A stretch of DNA of 64,000 nt, taken from Phoronis australis. Lineage: Eukaryota > Animalia > Phoronida. Below are positions 13,301 to 27,000 of this stretch, one piece after another. The stretch covers positions 186,001 to 250,000 of the forward strand of contig NMRA01000209.1 in NCBI GenBank assembly GCA_002633005.1, written 5' to 3'. The notes under the pieces are model-generated. The model was not told where the DNA came from. It worked only from the letters and a program-made list of their open reading frames with translations, and did not search any database. Within the stretch, counting starts at the first letter, position 1. Every line of letters begins with the position of its first letter. A program made the translations under genes and the position numbers.

Positions 13301-14113
13301 CATGGTGGGGTACACCGGTACATGTACCGAATTTCGGCCCTAAATTTTGTTATTTTAAGTGCGCGCAGCACGCTACGCAACACTATTTCACGCGGGATTT
13401 AAGCAGAATTTAAACGTAGGTACAATTATAATCACTGGTCAGCGTAAAATTTTGAAAATATTGCATAAATTGGAAATACTTGAGATTTGCCTTTCGTCTT
13501 AGAGACTGGGAGAACTTGCAGAAATACTCCGGATTATCTGGAAGATTGATCTCCCCTGCATGAGCAGCAGTGCTCGAATGCACGTAGATGGCATGGGACG
13601 AGTGACAAGCCTGAGGACTTGACGAAATGTAGCCGCACGGACGTCAGCTGTTTGGATGATTACTTTAAACATCGTGTGGAATATGGAATAGAACACAAAG
13701 CTGTTTCTCAAAATCGTCCTGCAGTACACTGGTGGCCAGGTCGAAGGAATAAATATAGGAATAAATATAGCTTCGCCCCTCTCTCGTGCTGATATAAACA
13801 ATAGCGCGACCATGACAGGCTCGTGGTACAAGTCTTAGAACTGTACACATCATTATGCATTAATTAACAATGTTCTTGCTACTTTTTATTGCGTAACCCT
13901 TGCTCTGATATTAGACCCTATAACTCTGACGTCGTAGTGCGGTCACTTGAGGACAAAAGTCAATAATTAATTTAAATTGTATTAATTTATTAAATAAATA
14001 TCTATCTCATTCCACATGTGTAGAATCAGAAATAGTATGTCGTTGCTGTGGCGAACTAAACTTACTACATTGTCTCTAATCAATAAAGAGCGATATCTGT
14101 ATTAGTACCAAGG

Positions 14114-14153
14114 CCAATCGACGGGGTCACGTGAACATTGTTTCCATGGTTAC
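14114..14153. promoter_or_regulatory. Compact promoter-like module: CCAAT box, GTCACGTGA E-box (USF/MiT-TFE type), RFX X-box
   Basis: CCAAT at 14114-14118, GTCACGTGA at 14126-14134, and GTTTCCATGGTTAC at 14140-14153 (reverse complement GTAACCATGGAAAC, matching GTHNYYATRRNAAC), all within 40 bp. Confidence 0.5.
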
Positions 14154-16264
14154 AGTGACTTCTTTCGGCTACTATCAATTATTCATGTACTCAAAACAAA
14201 TGCATGTAGCGTTGAACAGTTATTCAATAATTCACGCAAGAGATTCATGTAGTCTTAGTCTTTAACCAGGGGAAGAGATTGGAAAGCACAAAATCTGAAA
14301 AGAGAAATCGAAAGCTCACTTGAGATGAATCGCGTTGGCGATACTAATCGCATCGCTTCGATGCTCAATGTTGCCACTAGGGTTGCTCGATAACCTTAAA
14401 GTGATTTTCGCCGAATTTTCAGTCGTGAAGTAGGAGTGGAATACAGCGTTTTGTGCTAAAGAGTTGAAAGTCTTTTGTTAACTGGCTAAAACAAAATTTG
14501 GCTTTATTTTACCATGCACTGTACACGCAAATCCAACGGCACTCGCATATAACTATAGCTGCTTCACTTATGTAAGTAAAATTATGCCCAAAAGCAAAAG
14601 CTAGATCTATTAATGTCGTATATTTTTCATATTACCGAACAAAATTACTTACAGTTTTCCAAATAGCAAGAAAATATTAAACCTATGGGTTTCCGAATTT
14701 TTCGCTCAAAACAGTTGTGGCACATGTTTAGTTTTGCACGACAGAATAGCTGAATAAAAGTTCGTTCGGCATTGTTCCTACTCTAAGAACCGACGTATTC
14801 TAATCGCAGTGAATACGTTTGGCACATACTTGCCATTTAACTCAACAGCGTGACTTGGTAAACATCAATCATCGATCGATCAGGGATTATTGGACTTATG
14901 TTATGTACAGCCTAATTAAACACTAACCCGTGAATGGGACACACCTAACATCAAGAAACAGACCACCCTTCTTCCCAAATTGAACAAAACTGTCAGAAAG
15001 AATACAGCCAATCAAAAGATCATTTCTGAAAAACATGGTATGGACTAACTTACCCACAATGCATCAAACACTTGGGTCATGTTGCTGCTTTGCATTAGGG
15101 TGTTAGAATCTTGAATAGACTAAATATATTTCAAGACAAAACAAGGCGAGATTGTGAAAATTTCAATGCGCCCGTTGACCCGAGATAAGCAATCATAGTG
15201 CGTGAATGATTTTCTTAGCGTCAATGACCCGGGCCTCCTCCCAAAGCTAGCTCTGCAATCCTTTGTTTTGTTTCAAACGTACTGTGTACCAACTGCCCAT
15301 GTAAAACGAAAATGTCATTGCAATTGTTAAATAACCCAGTTGTTCATAAAATGCTTCCATAGCTTTCCGTTCTTTATTTCTGAAACAACGATTTTTTGTT
15401 CTATTTGTAAAATTTAACTGTTTGAGGCTTGTTGGCTGCGTCATCAATCTCCGTTGTTCTTTTTTATTTAATTGCACAGATTTCAAGGCCTGTGACTTAC
15501 CCAGTTAAAATACCGTGCTATTCATCGAGTGGAGTTTAGTTCCGCCATCTGGTGGATAGAGGAAGCGGGGCCCGCAATTTCGAAACCGCGCTTGGCTCTG
15601 ACCTCGCCGCTAATACATGTATCGCGTTGCAAACGTCAACCATCCGACTATTCCCCGGCTTTACGAATTCTGCTACACGGATTCCACTCTGTAACATTCA
15701 GTCGATCAAAATCGGTGACCGCTAAGAGTGCTACACGTGCATTGCACGCTACCGGTTTTGGGTGGAGATTTGCGGTAGCCGCCTAGCCGGTTTGGATGGT
15801 CAGATTCCACGATATTTAATTCGCGTCTGTACGAAGTAGCTGACATTATGGTCGCGTGTATTACCTAAAGTTTATTTACCATTGACAAATAGAAGTGCGA
15901 GTCAGATTAAATTGATCACGCCGTTGTCATGCACACCAAAGTAGTCTGCGACCGAATTTAGTTAAAGTTTATTAGCAAGACTTTCGTTTTAAAATGTACA
16001 TAGTTCAGTTCGAGGTTTTTACCTTTAACTAATTACTTTTGCAATGTCAATTAAATTGTGATGATACGCTTTTACTCGCTTTTCATGTTGGTGGTTTTAA
16101 AAGCATTTCCCGTTTCGATTTCTTGCAGATCTACAGTACCTGTTTCGTTTGCGCTTGTTCTCTGAACCACTTTTAAAATACAATGTTGAACTGGTCGAAT
16201 GTGTCAATTTGTGTGTAGTTTTTTATACATGAATTCTGGTGACTCAACATACATGATTAAATTT

Positions 16265-16404
16265 CAGGTGCAGATCCTGGATTTTGTAAATAGAGGAGGG
16301 GGTCGGATCAAGGATTTTTTTAAAAAGATCGGCGAAGTCAACAATTTGAAAATTCTAGGTTTGATATCTTAAAACCACCCTTGACCCCCCTGGATCCGCC
16401 TATG
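16265..16404. mobile_element. Short MITE-like element with CAGG-GC-GATCC / GGATCCGCC-TG termini
   Basis: CAGGTGCAGATCC ... GGATCCGCCTATG flanked by AATTT on both sides. Related 3' ends lie at about 860-873, 2606-2619, 45110-45123 and 60127-60139. Confidence 0.6.
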
Positions 16405-18408
16405 AATTTGCGGAAAAATGAAATCATGTCGCCAATATACTGGTGTTTGTTCGCCGTGGTTGAAACATTTTCGTTCCGTGAGTTTAGTTGATATTTACCA
16501 CGGCTTCGTTGTTTGTTGGAATTGGCGTTTAGAAGACTCTAGGTGGAACTTTGAGGGTTGGCCAAGGATTTTTTTCCACCCCTTGATTTAGCTGCATCTT
16601 TTTTCGGTCGATACGGTGAAGATCGGGTGTAGTGGTCTTAGTATACTGCCATGGATTCGCATAACGCCATCCACATGCGTTTCAACCTGGCTCCATGACG
16701 ATCGCTCGGCAACAATATTAGAAATATTAGATACGCAAGTGGAAAACAATTTTGTTTGCATGGTCGCTTGGCACCGCTATCACAAAATCGCCATAAAAAT
16801 TCTAGTATCCGCGCAGTGAATCGTTTGCCCTACCAAGTGTAATCATTGAAGTGTTACCGGGGATTCTGACATAGGTGTTGTAGACGGGACGTGCCGCTCG
16901 CAAGAAGTCTTTTTACGGCGCCTTACCTGCCTGCGCCAGGGTGTCATTTCTGGGTTAAATTTATTACCATTGAAGTGTTCATTTTGGGATTGATAAACCC
17001 TTGTTAGGGCGTCTTTTGTAATAAATAGTGCAGTAGGATTTTTAGGGTTTTGTAGAGACAAAAGGTTGCCAGGTATACAAACTTTCCAAAAAACAAATAG
17101 TGATGTACCCCATCCCCCATGCGAATGATTCAAATTTTATTAGCCGAACGTGAAAGTCTTGGCATCTAAATTTATAACTGCTGCAGTTGGTTTGCTGTCC
17201 TTTGTAGTTTCTTTATATTTTGGACAAAGGTCTGGCCTGAAAGGTCCTTTGTGCTCTTTTGTGTAGGTTACGTTTCCGCGGGCAACGATAGCTGACGACG
17301 TGACAGGTTTGAGGTGAATGTTTTGGCCATTATCTCTTGATAGGCGGAGTTTTTCACGTAGCTCAAATGACACCAGCTACATAAGGGTCGACTTTATAGT
17401 CGGCATAAGGAAGTCTATTAAACGAGAGTACCAGCCGTCACGGGTCGACTTCTTGTACTGTCAGCTTTTGAGGACTCCCGCTTTCACAAGTTAGAGTCGT
17501 GAAAGGAGGTGGATAATTTTATCATAGATCTTGCCATATGGGCGATTCGATATCTTCGCAAGTCACCAGAACTCAAGTATACCAGGAAACAATTCTCGCT
17601 CACTTCTAGTGACTCGTGACCCGAAACCACCTGCGGCTGTCGATTGGATCGACATGAAAGTTATACACATCTCTTGAGTTGTCTTATCTAATCCTAATAT
17701 TCGTCAAATGATTTCCGAGCAAACGCCCACAGAACCGAATCTCAGACGTTGACCTAAGATGATCTTCAGGGCGGATTAATTCTTGCAAAAACTGCGGCTG
17801 AGAAAGTTACCGTATAAAAAAATTGTGTGTCCCACTGTCTTGTCGGTCATCAAAACGTTCTAATGTTGAAGCGGAGGTTCAAATAAAGACAATAAGAATG
17901 AGACGCCATTAAACCAAACACTTATCTACATGTATAAACGCCATTATGATCACAGCATAACATTCGAAAAGAAATAAATTCGTCACATTTCTCGACTGCT
18001 CTTTTGTTGCGCGCCCAACAATTAAATCGAAACTGTGACTAGCTTGGTTGTTGTTCAAACACCAGCATCAGATGTTCGAACAGAGTTTGTGGGATATTTG
18101 CTCCCGTCCATGTACGAAAGAATCGCTTGACACATGACTGGCCTACAATCACCCCTTTTCCCTATCTAAGAAAGGAATGGTTTCGTTTCCTTGAGTATGG
18201 CCTGTGCTTTCGCGAAGTCGCCTACCGTCAATTCATTGTTTTCATGAGGTGCTTAGTGATAGTTACGTTTTTACGAGTTAGCGTTTGTCATTTCACACGG
18301 ATGGGCTGATTTCAATAAGTACATTGTTTGTATGAGCGACTAGATATGCCTTCACATCGTTGATTTGATAACTGTTTGTGACTTCATTTTTTTCTCGTTA
18401 CAGAAAAA

Positions 18409-18906
18409 ATGTCTTCTGACTCCGAACTAGACTCTCCTCGCACGGATTACTCTACGCCACGGAGCACTCCTGATCTCTGCGGCAATGCGACCGACTGTTA
18501 CGAAGAATTAAGCAATTTGCACTCACTGGCTTGTATAAATGTAAAGGACATCTGTCGCCCTCTATCGCCCATATCAGATCTTCCAGTGAACACAGCAGCT
18601 GTCGCACCACCCGAAAGGCGGCGCCCTCGATCTGTGAGAAAAACTCGATCGCCCAATCAGAAGTCGGTACTATACACGCCAGTCATGGTCATGGCTCCAT
18701 ATCCACTGGTCGACCAACACGATAATCTGGCCAATAACAATACTAGCTTGAAAAAGAGGAAAAATGTTAAAACTGGAGGTCAGGACAAATATGCAAAACT
18801 CTACCAAGAAGTTTTACACCACCATGATATCTTTGCAATCGCCGATGTGAACGCAGCTGGATGCAGTGAGGAACCTTTGGACTTAAGAATCAAAGTTAAA
18901 AGATAA
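18409..18906 (+). CDS. Hypothetical 165-aa nuclear protein with C-terminal PLDLR (CtBP-binding-type) motif
   Basis: Strong acceptor tttttttctcgttacag| at 18403, then AAAAAATG. Ser/Pro-rich sequence, basic clusters RRRPRSVRK and LKKRKNVK, ending EEPLDLRIKVKR*, followed by AT-rich UTR-like sequence with AATAAA. No family recognised. Confidence 0.6.
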   Translation: MSSDSELDSPRTDYSTPRSTPDLCGNATDCYEELSNLHSLACINVKDICRPLSPISDLPVNTAAVAPPERRRPRSVRKTRSPNQKSVLYTPVMVMAPYPLVDQHDNLANNNTSLKKRKNVKTGGQDKYAKLYQEVLHHHDIFAIADVNAAGCSEEPLDLRIKVKR

Positions 18907-19198
18907 CCACTGACTGGGCGAGAAATAAAAAACAGTCGCATAATAGCCCTCCTTGAACTTTAGTTGTCATCACTGACAGAAAAGCTCAAGTTGGTGTTGT
19001 TTCGTTGAGAGTTTGGTCAAATGTGTGATAAAAACGCATCGTTTAGGTAACTGGTGGTTGTTGAAGAAAGGAACTGAGAGGACAAGCACATCGTATCGTT
19101 TCATGGGGATAACTTTTTTGCCTAAGGTTTTTTGCTCAGATCTCCTTCCTGTTCTGATAGTTTTCTTATTTAGTGTCCCAGTCAGTCAGCTGCCTGTC

Positions 19199-19225
19199 AC
19201 GGAGGGTATAACGGAGGGTATAACG
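19199..19225. repeat. 12-bp tandem duplication
   Basis: ACGGAGGGTATA x2 plus ACG. Confidence 0.85.
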
Positions 19226-22200
19226 CAGGAATAAGAGACGCGCAGAAATATTGAATGTAAGGAAATTTACTTCTATTCCAGGATTGATATGGTTTTCATG
19301 CTTGAGTAATTGATAATGCAAACTCCAAAAAAATTGGTGCTATTGTACGAAAGTTTTGAAATTTTGAATGTATACCGTGTGCATAAGATGATGCGCTGCT
19401 GCCCGTTAGAGGTCGTTAGTTTATTATTTTACGCCTGCTACTAAGTTGATTTTTGCAAGGTTTGACAATAGATCGAAATGAATGAATTGGTGCAGAGTTC
19501 AACGTTTCGGGTACAACCATTATAGCGGCCCCTGCCCATCAAAGAAATGAAGTTTTGAGAAGACCCCTTACTGCTATAAATTGGTCTCGGCTTGTTCCTT
19601 ATTTAGATGAGAAGTGATTTATTGGCTTATAAAACTGACAGTTCGTTGTTCCTTGGGACAATACTCGGCGCATAAAATGATCCGCCGTGACTAAGCAGCT
19701 TCTGGAGGCTAATCTCGAGAAATAACGAACTGCCAGTTGATTCCGAGCTCGGATGGCATCCCCAATTTAATTGGTAAATGGTCTAAATCAAAAGTTGTTT
19801 TGTGACGGTAAATGGGTCAGTTTGTATATTAGTAAAACGATGCCCTGCTGATATCGGTACACCTTCTACAGTTCATTGAGCTTGGTTGCCACATTTTTAT
19901 ACCGGGCAACTGCTGAATTTCAAACCGATGAAAGTATTACTGACTCGGACGTTTAATTACCATGGCCACATCCGCCGCAGTGTGTCCCGCTTGAGTGGTT
20001 TAGCTGTAGATCTTTTAGCCTACTCTTTGAAAACCTGGAGCGAATTCATAGTGGGACAGAGGGCCTCGACACCCCTGTTGGAACCGGTTTGAATTGGTGC
20101 ATTGATGAAAATATATGTTTTCCGTTATCACACCTCTTCTGATCGTGGACCCGCGCATTAATGTTTGTTTCGATAGTTTGTACACGACATAAAGAATTGT
20201 AGATTTATTTCTGACTGTTTTGTATAATTGAACTATTTTAATTTTGTGAAGCTGAATTCACTAAAATGACACTACATTCCTGGCGAGATGGTTTGTTTGG
20301 AGTTGTCTTAGACATTTTCACTGTTCTTCATTCCGATAATTACACTGGTACTTGTAAATTTATTATTACTTTTGAAAGTAAAGCATAGGATTGCTGTCTT
20401 TATACAGGAACTTTAAGTAGTAAATAAATTGTAGGATATGTTATCTGAGATTAAGGCGATTTATTTGTTCTATTTTTAATGCAACAGTGCAAACTGTGGT
20501 CCACTTGAGACCACAGTGATATCTAAATCAGTATTATCTGAACATTTAACTTGTATTAATAAAGTTCACCAAAGCGTTCGACTGTTTTTCCTTTTTTATG
20601 TGCCCCCAGAAGTTGTGGGCGCACGTAGATGTACTAGGCATCCCGTCCGCATTCATTGTACCCAGCCGCATACAATGTATTTTCTAGCCGTGCCATTATG
20701 GCCTCCACAGCTCAGTTCAGTACACCTTGTAAGGAATGTTGGTAACTACAGAAATTACGGATTTTTTGGATCAAGATTTTTAGTTGTTCAATGATCTCGC
20801 TGGTCCATGAAACTTACAGGGCGACAAAAACAATAAATAACACTCCAAACGTTTTTCCATTTGACTTGTTGTATTCTTTTTGCAAATTATAACTTTCCAA
20901 GTCATTAACGGATTTCCCTCAGTGTACATGCACACTGTATGGTGGTCGAAAACTAAATTGTTGGTAGTCACGTCTGATCAACGCAGCGAGTTTCGTACGA
21001 ACAATGCTGTCCTAATAACCATTTTCAAAAGAAATGCTATATTTGGAATCCTTTATAAAAAGTACCGATGTTTTCATCTTTATGAAATCATCACACATCC
21101 TCTGTATGTTTCGCTGCGTTTATGTTATCAAGTTCGACAGCTTCTGTCCCAGGCCTGCTTGCCTTTGCCGATTGCGACGAAGTCACGACACCTGCCGCAA
21201 CACGGTTCTCCCTGCTTCTTACGTCCCTGGTAACTGGATAGGGAGGGCACTGTGTTGACGTAACCAATTTGTAGCCTAGTGTTGTGAAGGCCCACTTTCA
21301 TTGCCATGTTACTCTACGTCAGGCCAATCATAAACAACAAAAATGGGAACAATCAAGTCTCTTTTTAGGAACTAGTCTATCGTCCTGGCCGATAACAGCT
21401 GGAGCCCCACCTATTGGTTGAGCCACCGTCACCTTACGATAAACTTTGCCAATAGGTGTCCCTGCATGTGTTCTGTATTGTTGTAGCTTGGTATGCCAAA
21501 CTTTGCAGTTGTTAGGTAACTCTGACAACAATTGATCACTGCATACACGGGCTTTTGGGCCCATACACGCGCCAAATGTGATAGATGTGAACTTTATGTG
21601 ATGGGTACAAGAATGTTTGCTTATATCCGCATTTAGCGGGCACACAGGTGTAACTAGCCTACGCGAATCAATGGGAGTAAACCGTCACTGGCCAAGTGCA
21701 TGAGTGACGGTTGACTGATAATATGTTCACGTCTTCCGAAGCCTACCAACACATATCAAAACATTCACAAGCAAATGCGCTTTAACCAGATACTCCTAGT
21801 GTGCCCGACTGTGGCCCGGGATGGCCCAAAGTAAGAATCGGATTGTCTAAAAATCGTCCAAAAGACTTTTTAAGCGCATGCGTCTGCATTTGAAACAGAC
21901 AGTCAAGCGCAAACTATTTTTGAAAAAATATCCTTTCCGATACAGGACCTTAACATGCGCATAAACGCTGAGAGGCGTATTTCATAATTAGATTTTAAAC
22001 AAAACGTCGGGTTCCACGCATTGTACTTCTCATGCAAGATTACAATCATTCTATTAAACACGGCAAACAGACGCATTAAGTTTGAGAGTTTGATTTAAAG
22101 GCGTCAGAAGCCTAGTCTTAATTAATTTTTTTTCAACTAAGATTTGCCAAAGACAATACTTAGCCAGTGGCAAGGCTGCAATGTTCATGGAGACTAGAAC

Positions 22201-23829
22201 CTTATGATCGGTACCTTAACATTGATAGCAACGAAACACCGACTTCAATTTTGCGATGACCAGTAATCTATCAAATGGTTATGTCTCCTCCACATACACA
22301 CTGCGACCACATTTGCCCGAGCTGTACAGGTATGCACTGAAACTATTAAATTAATAAACTTTTGTCTAACCTGGGTCAAATTCAGAGCCAACGACAAATC
22401 CCAGACAGATTCTTTTCACGCATTTGACACTGAGAAAAACCTCCGCAGACATACGCGCCCTCTATATGTAGGACCAACAGTTTGCAGATGTGGGTCGATA
22501 ACTCCAGTTCAAGAATGACTTTTAAGTTAAAATATAACAAAGCACCTTACAATCTACAACTCATAAAATACCGGATCGCTCTTAGCCACAGAGTGTTGGG
22601 GCATAGTTGTACTCTAGAAGTCACCCGGAACGTATCAAGTATTTTTGTAGCCTCAAATTGGATGCTAAAAAATACCTGAGGTGTTTCGGGTGACTAAGGC
22701 TTTTTAATTGAAGCGGTCAGATGTGGTAGTTTTAGATGTGGCATGTTTGGAAGAGAAAACAACAATCGATATCGACACAAGTGGTGCGCTCAGTTTCCTC
22801 ATCTCAAAATGAACCCGTGGCGCAGCAATGCGCTTGCGTACTGTGCTCGTGTCGACCGCTAGCGGCACTGATGCACGTGAATAAGTGATTGTATTCTACC
22901 AGTTATTAGCCAGACAGTTGGGTGATACGGTGGCTGACTAAGCAAGCCACAACGTTCAAATCCTTGATGGCACGCGTTTGTGCAGCTTTTGAAAAAAATG
23001 TTTCGAGACCTTGGCTAAAATTAATGTCTTTAAGCAGTGAGGCTCAAGTTTCGAAATGAGTCATTGGAGCCTGACTGAGCGCGCGGGCAGAACTAATGAA
23101 ATATCCCAAGACCTAAAAGATTACACATTGACTCTAACTAACGCAGTTATGCTTCATTGTTCATCATTTATACTCATATTTCCATCATAAATTCTCGTGT
23201 TATGCAAGTATGACGGCGTTTTCTGTGACGGAATTGTTGCCTCACTGCTAAGATCGTCGGTTATCAAACTTCTAACCGAACACCACGCCACTCATGTTGA
23301 TACCCGCAAGGTGTCACTCCGCAGGCCAACACACTAGTCCCGCACTCACAAATGTCCCGCGGTTAGCTTGATGTAACTAGGGACGACCGGCCATCAATAG
23401 CTATGTAAACACGTGGCCCGGGACTTGAAAGGTTTTATTCTATTCAGTTGTATAGCACTTTATCGGAATCTGCTTTCGGCTATTGTTGTCATACATACAG
23501 ACTTGAATATCAATACACACACAGATTTCATCTCTGCTTGTCCACGTACAGGCTTTTAGTACGGGATTAAAGGATAAACGGTCAAGATTAAAGTTTCCTG
23601 CTCTGGATTTGTCGTTAGTAACCGACAGACGACACCAAAGATTAAGTAGATCAGACGGCCATTAATTGAATTTTAAGGACCATTTGTTATTCCGCTGCTA
23701 CTAAACGAACAAGCTCTCTCAATGGATCACCTTGTGCTGATTTGCTATGAGCGTCACCGTAATCAAGTATACAGGTACGATTAACGGTTACCAATTGCTG
23801 TGAATACCTTGACTGGGCTAGCCGACAAG

Positions 23830-24007
23830 ATGGTTCCTGAGGAAACCACCGACAGTGTTAAGCCCGACGTATCCTCTTCGCAAGAATCCCAAGGGTCGAG
23901 TTCCGATCGACATGTGATGGATGTTCTGTCCGGAAGACTAGACCCAAGGAGTTTGGATAAAATGCCATCCAAGGTGATCCGTATGTTCGTCGCCTGTACC
24001 TCGACGG
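23830..24007 (+). CDS. NWD2: NWD2-like coding exon 1
   Basis: ATG at 23830 (MVPEETTDS...KVIRMFVACTST); donor G|GTAAGC, phase 1. The exact start codon is inferred. Confidence 0.75.
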
Positions 24008-27000
24008 GTAAGCAACATAAAACACCAGGATAATAGACCTGACGCATTTTGGCAGCCGGAACTGTTGATCTCTGTCCCGGTAATAGACATACTGACAAAC
24101 ATGCCCTCGTATGAAAGTCTATTTGTCATCCCATTCTCAGCCAGTGGGCCATATTAGTTTCGAATTTTACTGCCTACTTCTGTAAGTTGTGTTCATGTAT
24201 GCACAGTATGAAATCGGTGTGGTGACTCTAATACTTTCATACGAGAGATCGACTTTTTGGTGAGCGACAAAGTAGTGATAGTACTATAGTTTCCCGTAAC
24301 CAACCCATCGTGTTGAGGTTACCTGGTGTTTTTGGGTTACCAACACTGAAAGGGTTCATTCCCGTGGTTGATTTTTAGATTCGACTTGTAGTTAGATAGG
24401 CCCACACTGACAGGTGTGCGATCTCCAACTTAGTCCAAAGTGAATATATTTTAAATTCAACAAGCTCGACACCGTAAGATATTACATTTAAATTATCAAG
24501 TTTCTGTCGATCAACAATGCTGTTTTGGCAACATTTTCACCTGCTTAAAGCTGGGAATCAGTCTAGTTCCTAGCATTCAGAAATGGCATGCACTTTGTGT
24601 TGTTGGCTCTGTTCTCGTTTATCAACCGCACAACAGTCGGTCACTTATCTTTCATCACTGTTGACCTGATCGGCACCCTGTCTTTATCAAACCTGTATTG
24701 GCCCTAGAAACATCATCTCTTTCGTTATCTCCGTAGTCTTATCTCCGAATGGTTTTGGCACAAATCATCTTCAACTAAATAAACAACTTTAATCGTACAT
24801 GGGAATACCTACACAAAAACATCCGCAGCAGTCTTGGGAACTTTAACGAAAAATTCATTACATTTTCAAGAATTATTTGTTTGCTTATATTTGGAAGAAA
24901 TTATTATGGAACAGCCACACAAACATTCGAACAGCGCCTATACAGCACAACGCTTGTTGATCAAAAATCACTTTCTGGCTCGAGGATTACTGATGTATAA
25001 CTTGCGCGATATCACGGTTCTATAAGCGTCATTACCCAGGAGTACCGTATAATAGCGAGGATTAGAACAGGTTTATTGCTCAAGGGAATGACACGGTATT
25101 GCTACGGAAACGGTTGGTAAGGCAGTGCCAAGCGACTACTCAATTTTTTATCTAACCTTCAAGTCGGTGAATTTGTTGCTTGTCACCAGAAAACAGAAGC
25201 GTATAGCCAGCTAAAGCCACCCAGGCTGCCAAATTCCATACGACAAAATTCAAACTGAGCGTCGTGTTTTTGTCCGTAACTTCCAGGCAATCCTAGAAAC
25301 AACTGTTGTAGACATTATTTGTATTTGCTCAAGATGTCAGCATATTTTTTCAAAAAGGACACATTACCATTATTCAATACTTTATTCTCCACTCTTTCAA
25401 AAACAGGGCGCCGGTGCGGCCATGGAATCGTTCCCACTTCCTGAACAAAGTGAGGGTCATAAACATTTCAGACATTTCTAAGAAGAGTCAAGATTTTTAA
25501 ACATGGGTCAAGGGTTTTCAAACACGGCGCAGTTCCATGTTTGAATACTTTAAGACGAATATTGAAGGAAGCAGACAAGCGTTTCGCACTTTTAAAAGAA
25601 TAAATGGAGCCTGGAAATGTCAGCGTAGCAGCGCATGCGCGCACCCGGGGGGGGGTTCGAACGAACCCTCCCCATTTGGCGAAGTGGGTAAAAAGGTCCG
25701 CCTCAGAGAAACAAAAAGTCCGAGAAATCGAGACAACAATCCACTAAAAAGGCGCAGACGCACAGTTCACAGACCTGAAAGTGGTACCCCGTTTTTTAAA
25801 TTTTTTTAGTCCTCCCGCTTTTTTGTTAGCAAAAGGTCCACTTTCTCAAATATTCAAGCCTCCCACATTAAAGGCTTTGTGCGCGCACGCAGCATACGTG
25901 TCTTCTTCCACAGAGAGCAAATTTGTGTACACATTATTAGATTACCAGTCTCCCTCCGATAAGACTAATATTGCATGGTAATGTCTCCCGTGGATTAAGC
26001 CCTATAGGTAATTTTTGCATTCTGAAACATCGGCGAAGCCCCTGGCCTTTGGCATGCATTATACATGTAAGTACTATATGCACAGTCGACCATCGACCCG
26101 TTGTGTCATGTAATGTTTCTTTCCTCTGTCGGAATCGCTTAACATTTACTCGTGGTCAAGTGACAATTTACTTTGCAAACATAAATTGTTCGTAAACCTG
26201 CTTAACATGCGCGGTGAATGGGATTTAAATTTAGGTGATATTTTCTTTCGTGTTTTTAACATAATCCGCTGTGCTGGCTGATATATGTAGTGGTTGCACG
26301 CGATGCTTGCCAACACCGGGGACTGCGAGTCGTGCAATGGGAGAGTTTGAAGTGAATAATTCAAAATTATGCAATACACACATTTTGTAGATTGTATCAT
26401 TGACGAGGTTCAGGGTCATCTATAAACAATGCTCAATAGAAAAAACTTCCTCAGAAAGCAAAATTTGGGCAAAACGATATCAGGGTGTGTTTTCTTTTGC
26501 CATCTCGAAAACAAAGTTTCACGTTAACCCGAGATTAGCCGTGATCTAATTTCTTAATACATGTGACTTGTGTAACCCGACCTCTAACGTTCTGTATGTA
26601 TTCTACATTCACATATCTTTCGTAGTACAGTACCTACACCTAGTCTTATTAAAGAATTCAACCGAACGAGCAGAACCGTAAAGATTTTCAATTAACTGCC
26701 ATGGAGAGTTTGATTTAATATTGAATAAACAAAAAGAAACTTTACAAAGAGAACCATTATTATGTCTGGTGTCCGATCGAGTTCGGCGGCTTAGAATCTA
26801 TTATGTTGCCCTGAGTCAGTGTTTGTTTAAATATTGATCCGCTCACTCGTTAGAAAGCAAACTGTTTATTTTGTTAAGACTAGGATAAATACTTATAATA
26901 ATGTATTTATTACTAAGGTGTCACTTGACGAGATACGCTATCCCTCTTGTTGAAACGTTTTGTAGCTGTGGCTTAGATTTGACGGCTTGGAATACCTTTC

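Noticed and set aside
16843-17373. Two consecutive minus-strand ORFs
   Set aside because: No recognisable motif or consistent splice structure; possibly a decayed element, but I cannot support a call.
18700-19030. Bearded-family identity for the orphan ORF (NLAN motif, TGTGATA K-box-like site at 19024)
   Set aside because: Motifs are too short to be significant; no amphipathic basic helix or paired Su(H) sites were recognised.
25622-25892. GC-ended segment (GCGCGCACCCGGGGGGGGGTTCGAACGAACCC ... GTGCGCGC) resembling a MITE
   Set aside because: Termini and target-site duplication could not be defined and no second copy was seen.
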